DNA of 64,000 nucleotides from an uncultured bacterium (GCA_965533275.1 CBESWG010000006.1:5634-69633); one strand, 5' to 3'; counted from the stretch's first letter, positions 1 through 10,052 are shown. The notes: generated by a model not told the origin, from the sequence alone. Translations and numbers: made by a program.

Positions 1-1846
1 TCTCTCCTGCCAGCACTTCCGATTCCGTCAGGGCGGTCCCCACCGGGCCGATGCGGGAGAAGACCGACTGGATGGATTCCCCGTGGTTTTCCTCCAGCAG
101 AGATTCCAGGCTGCGGACCGTTGATTCCGTCCGCTCCAGGTTCGAGCCTTCCGGGAGGAGCAGGGAGATCTCCAGCTCGTTCCGGTCGGTCTGGGGCAGG
201 AATTCGCTTCCCATGCGGGTGGCCAGGAAAGCTGCAGAACCGACCAGGAGAAGAGCCAGGAAGACCACCAGCCACCTTTTTTTCAGCACGCCGGCGAGGA
301 AACGGGCATAGAAGGGAAACTGCAGGGACGGCCGCGCCCGCTTTCCCGTGGGAGCCTTCAGGATCTTGGAGCTGAGCATGGGGATCACGGAGAGGGCCAC
401 AAAGAGGGAGGATAGGAGAGCGAAGGCCACCGTCCAGGCCTGCTCCCTGAACAGTGCGCCGGCGATTCCTTCAAGGTAGACGATAGGGAGAAAGACGATG
501 ATGGTGGTCAGGGTGGAGCTGGTGATGGCCCCACTCACCTCGCCCGCTCCGCGCACCGCCGCCTCCTTGAGCCCCAGGCCCTCCTCCAGGTGGCGGAAGA
601 TGTTCTCCACCACCACGATGGCATTGTCCACCAGCATACCCGCCCCCAGGGCCAGTCCTCCAAGGGTCATGATGTTCAAGGTCAGCTTGTTGAAGTACAT
701 CAGATTGAAGGTGGCGATGATGGAGACGGGGATGGCGATACTGATGACGGCGGTTACCCCGATCCTGCGGAGGAAGATGAACAGGATCAGGACGGCCAGG
801 CAGATGCCGATCAAACCGGTCTGTTCCACCTCCCGGACCGCGGACTGGATGAAGCCGGCCTGGTCCTGGATGATACGCAGCTCGTACCCGGGAAGCGCCC
901 TCTGGAGGTCGTCGATCTGGGCACGGATGGTTTCGGAGGCCTGAATGGTGTTGAACCGGGCTTCCTTGAAGATCTCGAGGGCAAGGCACCGGCGCCCGTT
1001 GTAGCGGACGATATTCTCGGGCTCGCTGAGCACATATCCCACTTCCGCGATATCCCTCAGAGTGATCGGGATCTTATCGGTGGTCTCCTCCGTCTCCTCG
1101 GCGGCATAGGCGACGATCAGGTTCCTCAGGTCTTCCAGAGATTCCAGTTCACCTACGCCGCGGATGATGTAGCTCAGGCCCATCTCGACGATGGATCCCC
1201 CGGAGATCGTCTGGTTGCTCTGCTGGATGGCGGAGGCCACCTGGTCCGAGGTCAGGCCGAAGGCTTCCAGTGTGTAGGAATCCGTCCGGATCTCGATCTC
1301 TCTCTTCTGTTCTCCCACGAGCTCCACGGCCGCCACGCCGGGAAGCCGTACCAGGTCGTTGCGGATGTTGTTCTCCGCGGTCTGCCGCAGCCTGTCCAGG
1401 TCCTCCAGGTCCTCATGCCAGAAGACGGCGGTGACGATGGGCTGGGAATTGGGATCGAGCTGGCTGACATTGATGTCATCCAGTTCCTGCCCCTGGTTGA
1501 AGTCTGCGACAACCTCCTGGAGCCCGAGATAGGCCTCGTCCATGTCTGCGTTCCACTCATACTCCACTGTGATCAATGCCCGGCCTACGCGGGATATGGA
1601 CGAGACCCCGGTGACCTGGCTCCCCCGGGCCGCCTGCGCTTCCAGTGGTGAGACGAACTGCACCTCCATCTCCTCAGGTGGGCGTTCCTCGGCCTCCAGG
1701 GACACGTAGAGCCGGGGGCTGTTGAGATTCGGGAGAAGGTCCATCCCCAGCCTCTGGAAGGAAATGTAGCCGAGCAGGCAGATGGCCAGGATGACCATGA
1801 CGACGGTCGTGGGATACCTGACTGAAAACTGTGCGAGCTTCCTCAT
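1..1846 (-). CDS. RND efflux permease (AcrB/HAE1-like), N-terminal ~615 aa; the gene runs past the window start
   Basis: Absent from the ORF track because it is open-ended. Manual translation of the minus strand from the ATG (plus 1844-1846) gives MRKLAQFSVRYPTTVVMVILAICLLGYISFQRLGMDLLPNL... Further on it gives ...TLGGLALGAGMLVDNAIVVVENIFRHLEEG, a conserved RND motif. The start lies 1 nt after the MFP stop. Confidence 0.85.
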   Translation of the reverse strand, partial: MRKLAQFSVRYPTTVVMVILAICLLGYISFQRLGMDLLPNLNSPRLYVSLEAEERPPEEMEVQFVSPLEAQAARGSQVTGVSSISRVGRALITVEYEWNADMDEAYLGLQEVVADFNQGQELDDINVSQLDPNSQPIVTAVFWHEDLEDLDRLRQTAENNIRNDLVRLPGVAAVELVGEQKREIEIRTDSYTLEAFGLTSDQVASAIQQSNQTISGGSIVEMGLSYIIRGVGELESLEDLRNLIVAYAAEETEETTDKIPITLRDIAEVGYVLSEPENIVRYNGRRCLALEIFKEARFNTIQASETIRAQIDDLQRALPGYELRIIQDQAGFIQSAVREVEQTGLIGICLAVLILFIFLRRIGVTAVISIAIPVSIIATFNLMYFNKLTLNIMTLGGLALGAGMLVDNAIVVVENIFRHLEEGLGLKEAAVRGAGEVSGAITSSTLTTIIVFLPIVYLEGIAGALFREQAWTVAFALLSSLFVALSVIPMLSSKILKAPTGKRARPSLQFPFYARFLAGVLKKRWLVVFLALLLVGSAAFLATRMGSEFLPQTDRNELEISLLLPEGSNLERTESTVRSLESLLEENHGESIQSVFSRIGPVGTALTESEVLAGE

Positions 1847-1847
1847 C

Positions 1848-2915
1848 TCACTCGATGACCTTCACGCGGGAGCGGTTTCTCAGGGTTTCGAAACCCTCCG
1901 TGACCAGGCTGTCTTCCAGGGTCAGCCCCTCGAGCACCTCGACACTGTCGCTGGTTTCGATGCCCAGCTCGATGCGCCGTTCGAGTGCGATCCCCCTCTG
2001 GACGACATAGACGATCTTGCGTCCGCGCCGGTCCAGGATGATGTCCTTGGGGATGACGATCACATCCTTCTTTTCCTGAACGACGATGTCGGCGCGTACG
2101 AACATCCCGGGCTTGAGCAGGAGGTCCGGGTTGGAGGCCTCGATCCTGATCTTGAACATGCGGCTGGTGGGATCCAGCGCCGGCGAGATCTGTGTGACCT
2201 TTCCGGCGAGATTCTGCTTTTCCTGGCTGTAGTTGCCGATTGTGACACCCTGGTTCTGCTGGATGCGAGCCATCTCCTTTCCGGGCAGGGTCAGCTCGGC
2301 ATAGAGACGGGAGTAATCCATCAAGACGGCCACCGTCTCGCCGGCTGCCACCCATTCACCGGCGGTGATGTGAGGGATGTCCACCAGGATCCCCTTGAAG
2401 GGGGCGCGAACCTCCAGCTTGGCCAGGGATATTTGGGCGTTGTCCAGGCTGTAACGGGCGTCGATCATGGCTTTTTCCGCAGTCTTCACCTCGCTGAGTG
2501 TGATGCCGCCCTTTTCATAGATGCTCTGCTGCTTGGTGTGCTCCCTCTCCGCAGACTCGAGGCTCAGCTTCTTCGAATCCATGGCGATCCCGTTGACATA
2601 TTCGGGATTGTCCAGGGAGGCGATCAGGGTGTTGGCGGCCACGGAATCCCCCATGACAAAGGGCCTTCCCGTTCTGGGATTCTTTTGAAGCGCATACCGG
2701 CCGGCCTGTTCCGTCAGGAGGATGCTGTCCTTGACGGCATAGACCGTGCCCGTCGCGGTCACGAGCTCCTGGATGGAGGATTGTTCCACCGCGGTCACGC
2801 GGACGGGGATGGTGGTATCGGCCTGCTCCGGCGCTCCCCCCTGCTGGCAGCCGGAGAGGAACAGCAGTGACATCGTGAGTATGAAGACAATGTATCCAGA
2901 TGTGGTTTTTTTCAT
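1848..2915 (-). CDS. RND efflux membrane fusion protein (periplasmic adaptor, HlyD/AcrA family), lipoprotein
   Basis: 355-aa ORF with a lipobox LSGC. It has the biotin-lipoyl-like and beta-barrel adaptor pattern and is tightly linked between the OMF and RND genes. Confidence 0.9.
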   Translation of the reverse strand: MKKTTSGYIVFILTMSLLFLSGCQQGGAPEQADTTIPVRVTAVEQSSIQELVTATGTVYAVKDSILLTEQAGRYALQKNPRTGRPFVMGDSVAANTLIASLDNPEYVNGIAMDSKKLSLESAEREHTKQQSIYEKGGITLSEVKTAEKAMIDARYSLDNAQISLAKLEVRAPFKGILVDIPHITAGEWVAAGETVAVLMDYSRLYAELTLPGKEMARIQQNQGVTIGNYSQEKQNLAGKVTQISPALDPTSRMFKIRIEASNPDLLLKPGMFVRADIVVQEKKDVIVIPKDIILDRRGRKIVYVVQRGIALERRIELGIETSDSVEVLEGLTLEDSLVTEGFETLRNRSRVKVIE

Positions 2916-2918
2916 CCC

Positions 2919-4469
2919 TTAATCCTCCAGTTCCTTTAATTCATCGAGTTCATCCAAGATGGACCGGTTGGTCTCGAAATCCCAGAGCGTTCTGATCTTC
3001 AGGTCGAGCAGCGCCAGCCTGTTGTTGATCAGAGCCTGGACCAGGCTGAGCCTCTGCTGGGACAGCTGGAGCTGATAGAACTGCAGATCCTTGGAAGAGA
3101 GGTCGCCGTTGCGGTAGCGCTCCAGGTTGATGTCGTAGGTGAGTTCCGCGTTTTTTATGCTTTTTTCCGCGATCTCTATCTGACGTTTCTGGTTCATCAG
3201 GCTCCGGTAGGCTTCGCGGATCTCGGCTTTTATGCTCTTCATCTCTTCTTCTGCCGAGAGATTGGCCGTGTCGATCTGAGCCTGGACAGCGGCCAGGTGA
3301 TGTTTTTTCTGTCCCCAGTCATACAGGGGGATGTCCAGGGTGAGGGCGATCAGGTAGTCGGAGTTGGGCGAGTCGAAAATGTTGCTGAAATCTTGGTTTG
3401 TACCAGTCAGCCCGAAACCGGCTTGCAGGTTGGCCTTGAACTCATTCTCGGCTCCTGCCACGATGAGGTTATTCAGGGCATACTGGATCTCGATGTCCCT
3501 CTGCCGCAGTTCCATGCGGTTTTCCAGTCCGTGGTCTATGGCTCTTTCAAGATCCACATCCACGAGGGTTTTCTGAATGTCGGCGGAGACATCGATCAGG
3601 GCCTCCAGCTCCAGCCCCAGCAGTCTTTTAAAGCTATCCAGGCTGTTGGCGTGCTGCATGCGCAGATTTTCCAGCGAAGCCAGGCTGTTGTCCTTGGTTA
3701 TGTCCGCCTGATAGAACTCCTCACGCGCGGACAGGCCTGCGTCTACCTTGCTCTGGATGATGTTGAGGCTCTCCGTGGCGTTATCCAATTCCTCCTGGGC
3801 GATCTGGATACTCATCCTGGAATAATAGAGATTGAGAAACTGCGACGTAACCTGTCTCTCGATCGAAAGCTTCTGGATGGCATAGTTCATCTGTGTGTTC
3901 TCCAGGGCAAGCTCCAGCTCCTGGATCTGCATCATGGTGCGGTTATAGGTGAAGAGCGGCTGCTGGAGGTTTATGGACAGGGTGTTGGAGAATCCGGATG
4001 ACTTTTCCGCACCTGCGGCGGAACTCGAGGCTTCTGTCCAGTTGAATGTATTGGTGACGAACAGCATCCCGTCCGTCCATTTGACCGGCTGGCGGATGGT
4101 CAAGCCCGCCTGCGATCTGGTTTGGGTCTGGGTGTTGTAGTCGGCGATGAGATCGTTGAAGACCCTGCTGCTGGATGTGCGGTAGGGTGTCACGGCCAGG
4201 CTGAACTGTGACTTGAGCCCTGCCTGCTGGGCCATCAAGTTTCGCTCGCTGGTCACGAGCGAATATCCTGCCTGGCGTATGGTCGGGCTGTTCTGGAACG
4301 CGATGTTGAGGGCCCTTTCCAGGGTCAGTTCTTCTCCACGGGCAAGAGATCCCGGAACCAAAATGAAGGCAGCACACAAGCAAGCGGCTATCCTCCTCCT
4401 CTTCCTGAGCCCCAAATTCCATGCCTTGTGTAGATATTTCCGGACTGATGTATTCATGGACAACTCCAT
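2919..4469 (-). CDS. TolC-like outer membrane efflux protein (OMF)
   Basis: 516-aa ORF with a signal peptide. It shows the LTLERALNIAFQNSPTIRQA OEP-repeat signature and long coiled-coil repeats. It sits 3 nt upstream of the MFP gene. Confidence 0.85.
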   Translation of the reverse strand: MELSMNTSVRKYLHKAWNLGLRKRRRIAACLCAAFILVPGSLARGEELTLERALNIAFQNSPTIRQAGYSLVTSERNLMAQQAGLKSQFSLAVTPYRTSSSRVFNDLIADYNTQTQTRSQAGLTIRQPVKWTDGMLFVTNTFNWTEASSSAAGAEKSSGFSNTLSINLQQPLFTYNRTMMQIQELELALENTQMNYAIQKLSIERQVTSQFLNLYYSRMSIQIAQEELDNATESLNIIQSKVDAGLSAREEFYQADITKDNSLASLENLRMQHANSLDSFKRLLGLELEALIDVSADIQKTLVDVDLERAIDHGLENRMELRQRDIEIQYALNNLIVAGAENEFKANLQAGFGLTGTNQDFSNIFDSPNSDYLIALTLDIPLYDWGQKKHHLAAVQAQIDTANLSAEEEMKSIKAEIREAYRSLMNQKRQIEIAEKSIKNAELTYDINLERYRNGDLSSKDLQFYQLQLSQQRLSLVQALINNRLALLDLKIRTLWDFETNRSILDELDELKELED

Positions 4470-4478
4470 TTCCAGGTG

Positions 4479-7400
4479 TTAATCCTGGTCTGTTCTAACC
4501 CATTTCACTGCATCGGCCGTGAGGAAGGCTCCCTTGCCCTTATCCGTTTGCTCGACCGTGTTCGGTCCAGCGGACAGGCGGAATGTCCCCAGCAGGACCC
4601 AACCCTGGGCTGACTCCTGGATGTCGAAGGGGATCTCCTCGGTGCCGTCCTGGTGGCGTACGATGAAGTGTTTTTCCTCCTGGGTGGGGCGCCGCCGGCG
4701 TCCCTGGTTCCCGCCCCGCTGGCCTTGTCCGCCCCGGCCACCGCCGAAGTTCATGGTTTCGTTGTAGAAATAGATGTCGTAGCTGCCGCTTTCAGGGAGG
4801 TCAACCGTCCAGGAAACGGTGTTGCTGCCCTCCCCGACCTTGATCATGTGGCCGGTACGGAGGATGGTGCCGTAGAAATCCTGTTGAATGACCGGGCTCC
4901 ACCGGCCGGGAGGGTTGGTGGGATTGTAATCCAGATACTCCGTTTCTGTGCCCGAGCGGTCAAAGAGCCGGAGGATGGCCGTCCGGAGCCGGCTATCCCC
5001 CCCGCCCCCGGACACAGCGAATCCCGGATCCTCGTTGTCAACGATGTATTCCCCCTCATCGGTCTGTCTGTCTGCATCATAGGGGAAGGTCCGCTCCCCT
5101 TCGAAGAACGTCTCCGCATCCTCCGCGTTCTGCCTCATCATCATGAGGTTCATGGTGGCGGGAATGTTTTGGGAGATGGTTGTGTCCACCGTGAGCAGCA
5201 TGGGCCGGCTGTCCAGAAGAACGCCGATCTCTGTGGTGGTGTTCGGTGGGATGAGGACGGTGCGCTCGATCCCGGATGGAGCTCCTCCTCCCATTCTATC
5301 CCGTCCTCCTCGTCCCTCTATAATGTTGAGCTTGACGATCCCCTCGGCATCGGAAATGTTGGAGACGGGCAGGAGGATATGCGTGCGCTGCTGCTCTCCA
5401 TCCTGGACATTGTACATGCCCACCGCACCCAGGGTGAACGCCGGCACCTGTTTATCCGCATACCAGGCGGCCATCACAGGTTCCAGGTCGAATTCCTTGT
5501 AGGCGAAGAGGAATTGGAGAAAATCTTCTTCCGAGATGGTGCTGAATTTTTTCTCTTTGATGAAGGAGAGGAGCTTTTCGTCGAAGTTGTCTTCCTGAAT
5601 GCGGGATTCGATGGCGGTCATCAGATATTTACCCTTGGCCAGGATGACATCGTAGAGCTGGTCAGGATCCAGGCTTTCATCTTCCAGGAGCTCGGTCATG
5701 GAGTTTCCGTCCAGCAGGCGGTTGATCCTTTCCTGTTCGGTCATGCCGCCGCTCCGGTTGAAGCGGAAGCTGGTGGCGGAGATCCGGTCCTGTAGCCAGG
5801 ACTCGAGGGCCGAGTGGAGGATGGGCCAGCGGTCCGAAGCCAGGGTCGCAGTGAATGCAAAATAGTTCGGTAAAAGGTTGTATTTCGCATCTATATCGGA
5901 TTCCGTCACGCTGGAAAGGGCGTTGTCGCGAAAGCCTCCCTGGCCAGGCTGGGAACCGAGGAGGTTGCTGCGGACAAAGCGCGTGAAATAACTGTTTTGG
6001 ATCTGGGCGGATGTGATCTCCATCCCTGCGCGCGCACTGCGTCCCATTCTTCTCTGCATCATCCGCGACATGGATGCGAAGTCCGCTCCTTGGCACAGAG
6101 TCCCCATCTCCGGCAGAAAAACCGCCTGGGGCTGTACGGTTTCATCGGCCGCACTCCAGAGACGCTTGTGGCTGTAGAAATGGATGGGGACCTCCACCAG
6201 CGCCAGCTTTGTGAAGGGATAATCCAATCCGAGGATGACCTCGAATTCGTCCTTCAACTGGGTGATGGTCTTGGGCAGGTCTTCGGTGATGGCATCGAAA
6301 TACTGGGTGAAGTAATCATGCCCCGGAAGCGTGTAAAGCGTATACTCGACATCTTCGACCTTGAGAGACCTCTCCTCAAAGGGCCCGACTGTCAAGGAGA
6401 TCTGAGGCAGAGGTGTCCCGGGGCGGAAGGCGTAGACTTTGCCGCCGTCAGATGTTGTGATCTCAGACGGGCCCTGGGATACGGCGGTGCGGCCCTCGGG
6501 CACACGTACACTGAGCGTATACTGCGAGAAATCATGGGCCACCGCTCCGGGGAAGCGGTGACTGAGGGGGATCCCCGCCCGGGGATACCACCCGCATTCC
6601 GGGGTCAGATGGACAAACTTCTCGGATAGGAAGAGATATTTCTTCGGGACATTGTAGAGCCCCAGCTTGGAGGGCTTGCGGAGGCTTTCACTCTCGATAT
6701 CCGGGTAACAGTAGGCCTCCAGCGGAGTCCCGGCATAGTCGATCTGGATGGTGATTCCGGTACCCGGAGCCAGGGGATCCGGCGGCTGGATGAGGAGAAC
6801 GTGTTCCCCCCTGACAAAATCAAGGGGCGAACCGCCGGCAGAGACACGTCTGACCTGGAGCCCCGGATTCAGGGTCAGGAGCAGGGATTCAGCGGGCTCC
6901 TCGAGGTCGTTTTTGAGAACGATCTCCGCAGCAGCCGACAGGGTTTTGCCGGAATACTCCACATTCAGGAAACAGGATTCCATGTTCAGTGCGGGAAGCT
7001 CGGCATATTCCCGGCTCTCTGCCAGAAGGTCGCGGCGAAGGGAATCGACGCTCCGGTTGGACTGGATATGGACAAATATGAGGCCAAGAGCCGAGAGGAT
7101 GAGCAGAGCAGACAGGACCCCGGACAGGGCCGTGGTGAAAGCCGATTGCCGGAGCCGCTTGGCCAGGAGCACCGTGCCGAAGACGAATCCCAAACCCAGG
7201 AGGAGGATTGGAAGCCGCAGCAGCAGAAGCTGTGCGCTGTTGCCCAGTCCCATAAAATCGGAATACATCAGCGGCGTGTGGAAACCGAATATGTCGAGGA
7301 TGAAGTCGGCCTTGTTCCCAATGGCGATCAGGCTGAGGGCGGACACGGCCAGGCCCATCAGTATGACGGCTGCCTGGCTACGGATGACCACCCCCAGGAC

Positions 7401-7898
7401 AAAGGCCATGCCGATGAGGAACACCAATGTGGGGAGGATGAGTGCCAGGAAATAGAGGAAGTAGGCCTGGATGTTCAGGGGAGTCTCTGATAGAAACAGG
7501 TGGATGAGAATGGTGATGATGCCGACAAGGATGTTCATCAGGACAAAGAGACCGAGCACTCCCAGGAACTTGCCGAGGAGATAGCTGGTGTTTGAAAAGG
7601 ACCGGGCGAAGATGACCTGGGTGGAATCCGTCCTCCTGTCCCGTTTGAAGAACTCCGTGGCCATGAAGACAACGATGATGCCCTGGTAGACATTGAAGAG
7701 CTTGAAGCTGAACAGCGGGATCGAACCCGAAAGGGACCGGAAGTAGTAGGGGAAAGCAAAGGAGGGGGCCGCGGCGCCGGCCGTAAACAGGCCCAGAAGA
7801 ATGAAACCCAGCAGCGCGAATATCCGGAATCCCCAGGACCTCAGCAAAAGCCTGGCCTCATAGACGGCGATTTTCAGGCAGATCATTACAGGTGTCAT
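4479..7898 (-). CDS. ABC-2 type transporter permease (N-terminal ~290 aa, multi-TM) fused to an ~850-aa extracytoplasmic domain of unknown function; C-terminal beta-sandwich-like module
   Basis: 1139-aa ORF. The N-terminus holds about 7 hydrophobic helices typical of ABC-2 permeases. The large hydrophilic remainder has no HExxH or GxMEN, so it is not a catalytic M1 peptidase. A Gly/Arg-rich linker GGGRGGQGQRGGNQGRRRRP is followed by a terminal domain ending ...FLTADAVKWV. The start overlaps the ATPase stop (ATGA). Confidence 0.8.
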   Translation of the reverse strand: MTPVMICLKIAVYEARLLLRSWGFRIFALLGFILLGLFTAGAAAPSFAFPYYFRSLSGSIPLFSFKLFNVYQGIIVVFMATEFFKRDRRTDSTQVIFARSFSNTSYLLGKFLGVLGLFVLMNILVGIITILIHLFLSETPLNIQAYFLYFLALILPTLVFLIGMAFVLGVVIRSQAAVILMGLAVSALSLIAIGNKADFILDIFGFHTPLMYSDFMGLGNSAQLLLLRLPILLLGLGFVFGTVLLAKRLRQSAFTTALSGVLSALLILSALGLIFVHIQSNRSVDSLRRDLLAESREYAELPALNMESCFLNVEYSGKTLSAAAEIVLKNDLEEPAESLLLTLNPGLQVRRVSAGGSPLDFVRGEHVLLIQPPDPLAPGTGITIQIDYAGTPLEAYCYPDIESESLRKPSKLGLYNVPKKYLFLSEKFVHLTPECGWYPRAGIPLSHRFPGAVAHDFSQYTLSVRVPEGRTAVSQGPSEITTSDGGKVYAFRPGTPLPQISLTVGPFEERSLKVEDVEYTLYTLPGHDYFTQYFDAITEDLPKTITQLKDEFEVILGLDYPFTKLALVEVPIHFYSHKRLWSAADETVQPQAVFLPEMGTLCQGADFASMSRMMQRRMGRSARAGMEITSAQIQNSYFTRFVRSNLLGSQPGQGGFRDNALSSVTESDIDAKYNLLPNYFAFTATLASDRWPILHSALESWLQDRISATSFRFNRSGGMTEQERINRLLDGNSMTELLEDESLDPDQLYDVILAKGKYLMTAIESRIQEDNFDEKLLSFIKEKKFSTISEEDFLQFLFAYKEFDLEPVMAAWYADKQVPAFTLGAVGMYNVQDGEQQRTHILLPVSNISDAEGIVKLNIIEGRGGRDRMGGGAPSGIERTVLIPPNTTTEIGVLLDSRPMLLTVDTTISQNIPATMNLMMMRQNAEDAETFFEGERTFPYDADRQTDEGEYIVDNEDPGFAVSGGGGDSRLRTAILRLFDRSGTETEYLDYNPTNPPGRWSPVIQQDFYGTILRTGHMIKVGEGSNTVSWTVDLPESGSYDIYFYNETMNFGGGRGGQGQRGGNQGRRRRPTQEEKHFIVRHQDGTEEIPFDIQESAQGWVLLGTFRLSAGPNTVEQTDKGKGAFLTADAVKWVRTDQD

Positions 7899-8818
7899 GG
7901 CTTTCCCCCATTCCCTCTATCAAACGCACCGGACAGGCGCCCCGAGGCCGCCTTCTGCATGTAATGTATATAGGCGTCTTCCAGATTGGGTTCAACCGGA
8001 ACAGCCTCGGGCGTATCCGGATCCTCCGCAACGATCCTCAGCTCGTATCCGCCCTCGGAGGGGACCGTGGAGATCACCGGGAAACGTTCTTTCCAGCTGT
8101 CCAGATCTTCATAACCCGTGGAGATGGACCAGACTTTTCCCCGGGCGCTGTCCACCAGGTCGGACGGGGCACCATGAAAAATGACGCGTCCCAGGTCCAT
8201 GAGAGCGATGGTCTCACAGGTCGAGGAGATGTCGCCCACGATGTGGGTGGAAAGGAGGATGATCCGGTCCTGGGTGGACAGGTCGGACATGAGGTTGCGG
8301 AACCGGATCCGCTCCTCGGGATCCAGGCCGACCGTGGGTTCGTCCACGACCAGTAGCGGGGGGTCTCCGATCAGGGTCTGGGCGATCCCCAGCCTCCGCT
8401 TCATGCCGCCGGAAAGCTTCCCGGTCAGGCGGTCCCGCGCCTCGAACAAGCCCACGGCTTCCAGCAGTGTATCGATCCTGTCCCGCCTCTGATTCTTGGA
8501 CAGGATGCCATTGAGGCAGGCGCTGTAGTCCATGAACTCCCAGACTGTCAGCCTGGAGAACACGGAAAAGGCCTGAGGAAGATATCCGATCTGCTTGCGG
8601 ATTTCCTTGCGGTTCTTGCGGATGTCCAGATTATCGATCTTGACCTGGCCGGAGCTGGGCTTCAGCAGCGTGACCAGGATGCGCATCAGGGTGGTCTTTC
8701 CGGCGCCATTGGGCCCCAGCAGACCGAACAATCCTTTGGGGATGTCTAGGTCTATATCTTTGAGAGCCAGTTTACCGCCGCGATAACGTTTGGAAAGTTG
8801 AGATACAGAGATTTGCAT
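7895..8818 (-). CDS. ABC transporter ATP-binding protein
   Basis: Walker A GPNGAGKTT, ABC signature LSGGMKRR, Walker B LLVVDEPT. It is translationally coupled to the downstream permease-fusion gene. Confidence 0.92.
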   Translation of the reverse strand: MQISVSQLSKRYRGGKLALKDIDLDIPKGLFGLLGPNGAGKTTLMRILVTLLKPSSGQVKIDNLDIRKNRKEIRKQIGYLPQAFSVFSRLTVWEFMDYSACLNGILSKNQRRDRIDTLLEAVGLFEARDRLTGKLSGGMKRRLGIAQTLIGDPPLLVVDEPTVGLDPEERIRFRNLMSDLSTQDRIILLSTHIVGDISSTCETIALMDLGRVIFHGAPSDLVDSARGKVWSISTGYEDLDSWKERFPVISTVPSEGGYELRIVAEDPDTPEAVPVEPNLEDAYIHYMQKAASGRLSGAFDRGNGGKP

Positions 8819-9044
8819 GTTCTTTTCCTAAGGATTCATTGTGTTAGACTGAATAAGGAAGCGGATTCTTCCTGTCTGATTAAAATTACACCAGTATCTT
8901 TTATCTTTTCACCCATTTTACGACATCGGCCAACACCGGGCCGGCATTCGGCCATCATATCTTTAATTATGGTATACTATCAACTGCACAAAGCGGCGAC
9001 AGCCGACCTGGTCGATTCCCTCCGAAACGAATGATGAGAGACCA

Positions 9045-10052
9045 ATGACCGTACTCCTGATCCTATGCCTTCTATTGGCTCCCGTCTCGAGCGCTGCCGG
9101 TCACAGCCCTCCCGAGTCCGATCGCCTGAAAACGGTCCAAAGCCTCAAGAAGCTGGACGATTTCCCCTTGTATTCGATGCGTTTCTATGGCGATTACGAT
9201 CTCCCGGATATCGCTTCCAAGGCTTCGCTTCCCCTGAAGATACGGCAGGGGTATCAGCCGGTCAATTCAACATTGTGGGGCTGCACCTGCTTTTCCACGA
9301 AGACCAGGCAGGGAAGCCGGCTTCTCGGCAGAAACTTCGACTGGGAGGACCATCCTGCCCTTCTTTTATTTACGGACCCTCCCAGCAGGTACGCATCCGT
9401 GTCCATGGTGGATATCTCGTATTTGGGCTATTCGAAGATTGACTCTCCGGAAAAGAATCCTGGGGGACTGCTGCAGTCGCCCCTGCTCCCCTTCGACGGG
9501 ATGAACGAACGGGGATTGGCCGTCGGTATGATGGCCCTGCCTGCCGCACATCCGGCAGACGATCCAGAAAAACAAACCGTGGGCAGCCTTATGGTGATCC
9601 GGCTGGTGCTGGATCATGCAAAAGATGTAGATGAGGCCATTGCCCTTTTCGGGGCCGTCAACATCGATTTTCGGGGGGGGCCTCCCCTCCACTATTTCAT
9701 CGTGGATAGATCGGGGAGATCGGTCGTGGTTGAATTTGTGAACCGGAAACTGTCTGTGCTCCCCAATACCCTATCCTGGCAGGTGGCTACCAACTTTACT
9801 CTGACAGGTCTATCCCCGGAGAACGCACGGGCATCCTGCTGGAGATACAAGACGGTCTGGGATGCGATCGCAGATCAGGGGGCTGTCCCCTCTCCTGCCG
9901 CGGCACTCTCGCTCCTGGAAAGCATCTCCCAGCGAAACACCATCTGGTCGGTTGTATACGACACGTCCTCTTTGAACTTCCAGGTGGTCATGGGGAAAAA
10001 CTACGGCCGGGTGCACGAATTCAACCTGAAAACGGGCCCTGACCAGGAATAG
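9045..10052 (+). CDS. Secreted Ntn-hydrolase, choloylglycine hydrolase / C45 acyltransferase-like family (linear amide C-N hydrolase)
   Basis: Signal peptide present. A candidate autoproteolytic Gly-Cys site is WGCTCFS. The RNFDW and GMNERGLAVG motifs resemble the bile-salt hydrolase / penicillin V acylase family. Confidence 0.7.
   Translation: MTVLLILCLLLAPVSSAAGHSPPESDRLKTVQSLKKLDDFPLYSMRFYGDYDLPDIASKASLPLKIRQGYQPVNSTLWGCTCFSTKTRQGSRLLGRNFDWEDHPALLLFTDPPSRYASVSMVDISYLGYSKIDSPEKNPGGLLQSPLLPFDGMNERGLAVGMMALPAAHPADDPEKQTVGSLMVIRLVLDHAKDVDEAIALFGAVNIDFRGGPPLHYFIVDRSGRSVVVEFVNRKLSVLPNTLSWQVATNFTLTGLSPENARASCWRYKTVWDAIADQGAVPSPAAALSLLESISQRNTIWSVVYDTSSLNFQVVMGKNYGRVHEFNLKTGPDQE
9673..9680 (+). 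repeat. G8 homopolymer inside the Ntn-hydrolase coding sequence (encodes FRGGPP)
   Basis: tcgggggggg cc, read directly from the sequence. Confidence 0.9.

Noticed and set aside
590-2870. Long plus-strand ORFs (590..1651, 353 aa; 1782..2870, 362 aa) with Asp/Gly/Leu-rich low-complexity translations
   Set aside because: They lie antisense to the RND and MFP genes, which have strong family signatures. High GC suppresses stop codons on the opposite strand.
4653-5795. 380-aa plus-strand ORF inside the permease-fusion gene
   Set aside because: Antisense to a well-supported 1139-aa CDS. Pro/Gly/Arg-rich composition and no start context.
4479-7898. Annotation of the extracytoplasmic part of the ABC-2 fusion as an M1 aminopeptidase
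   Set aside because: No HExxH-x18-E or GxMEN motif was found on scanning the sequence, so the call was kept as unknown function.
8819-9044. Possible small RNA or terminator hairpin (ggccggcattcggcc) in the intergenic region
   Set aside because: The stem is short, there is no U-tract, and the region sits between divergent gene starts, so promoter DNA is the more parsimonious reading.
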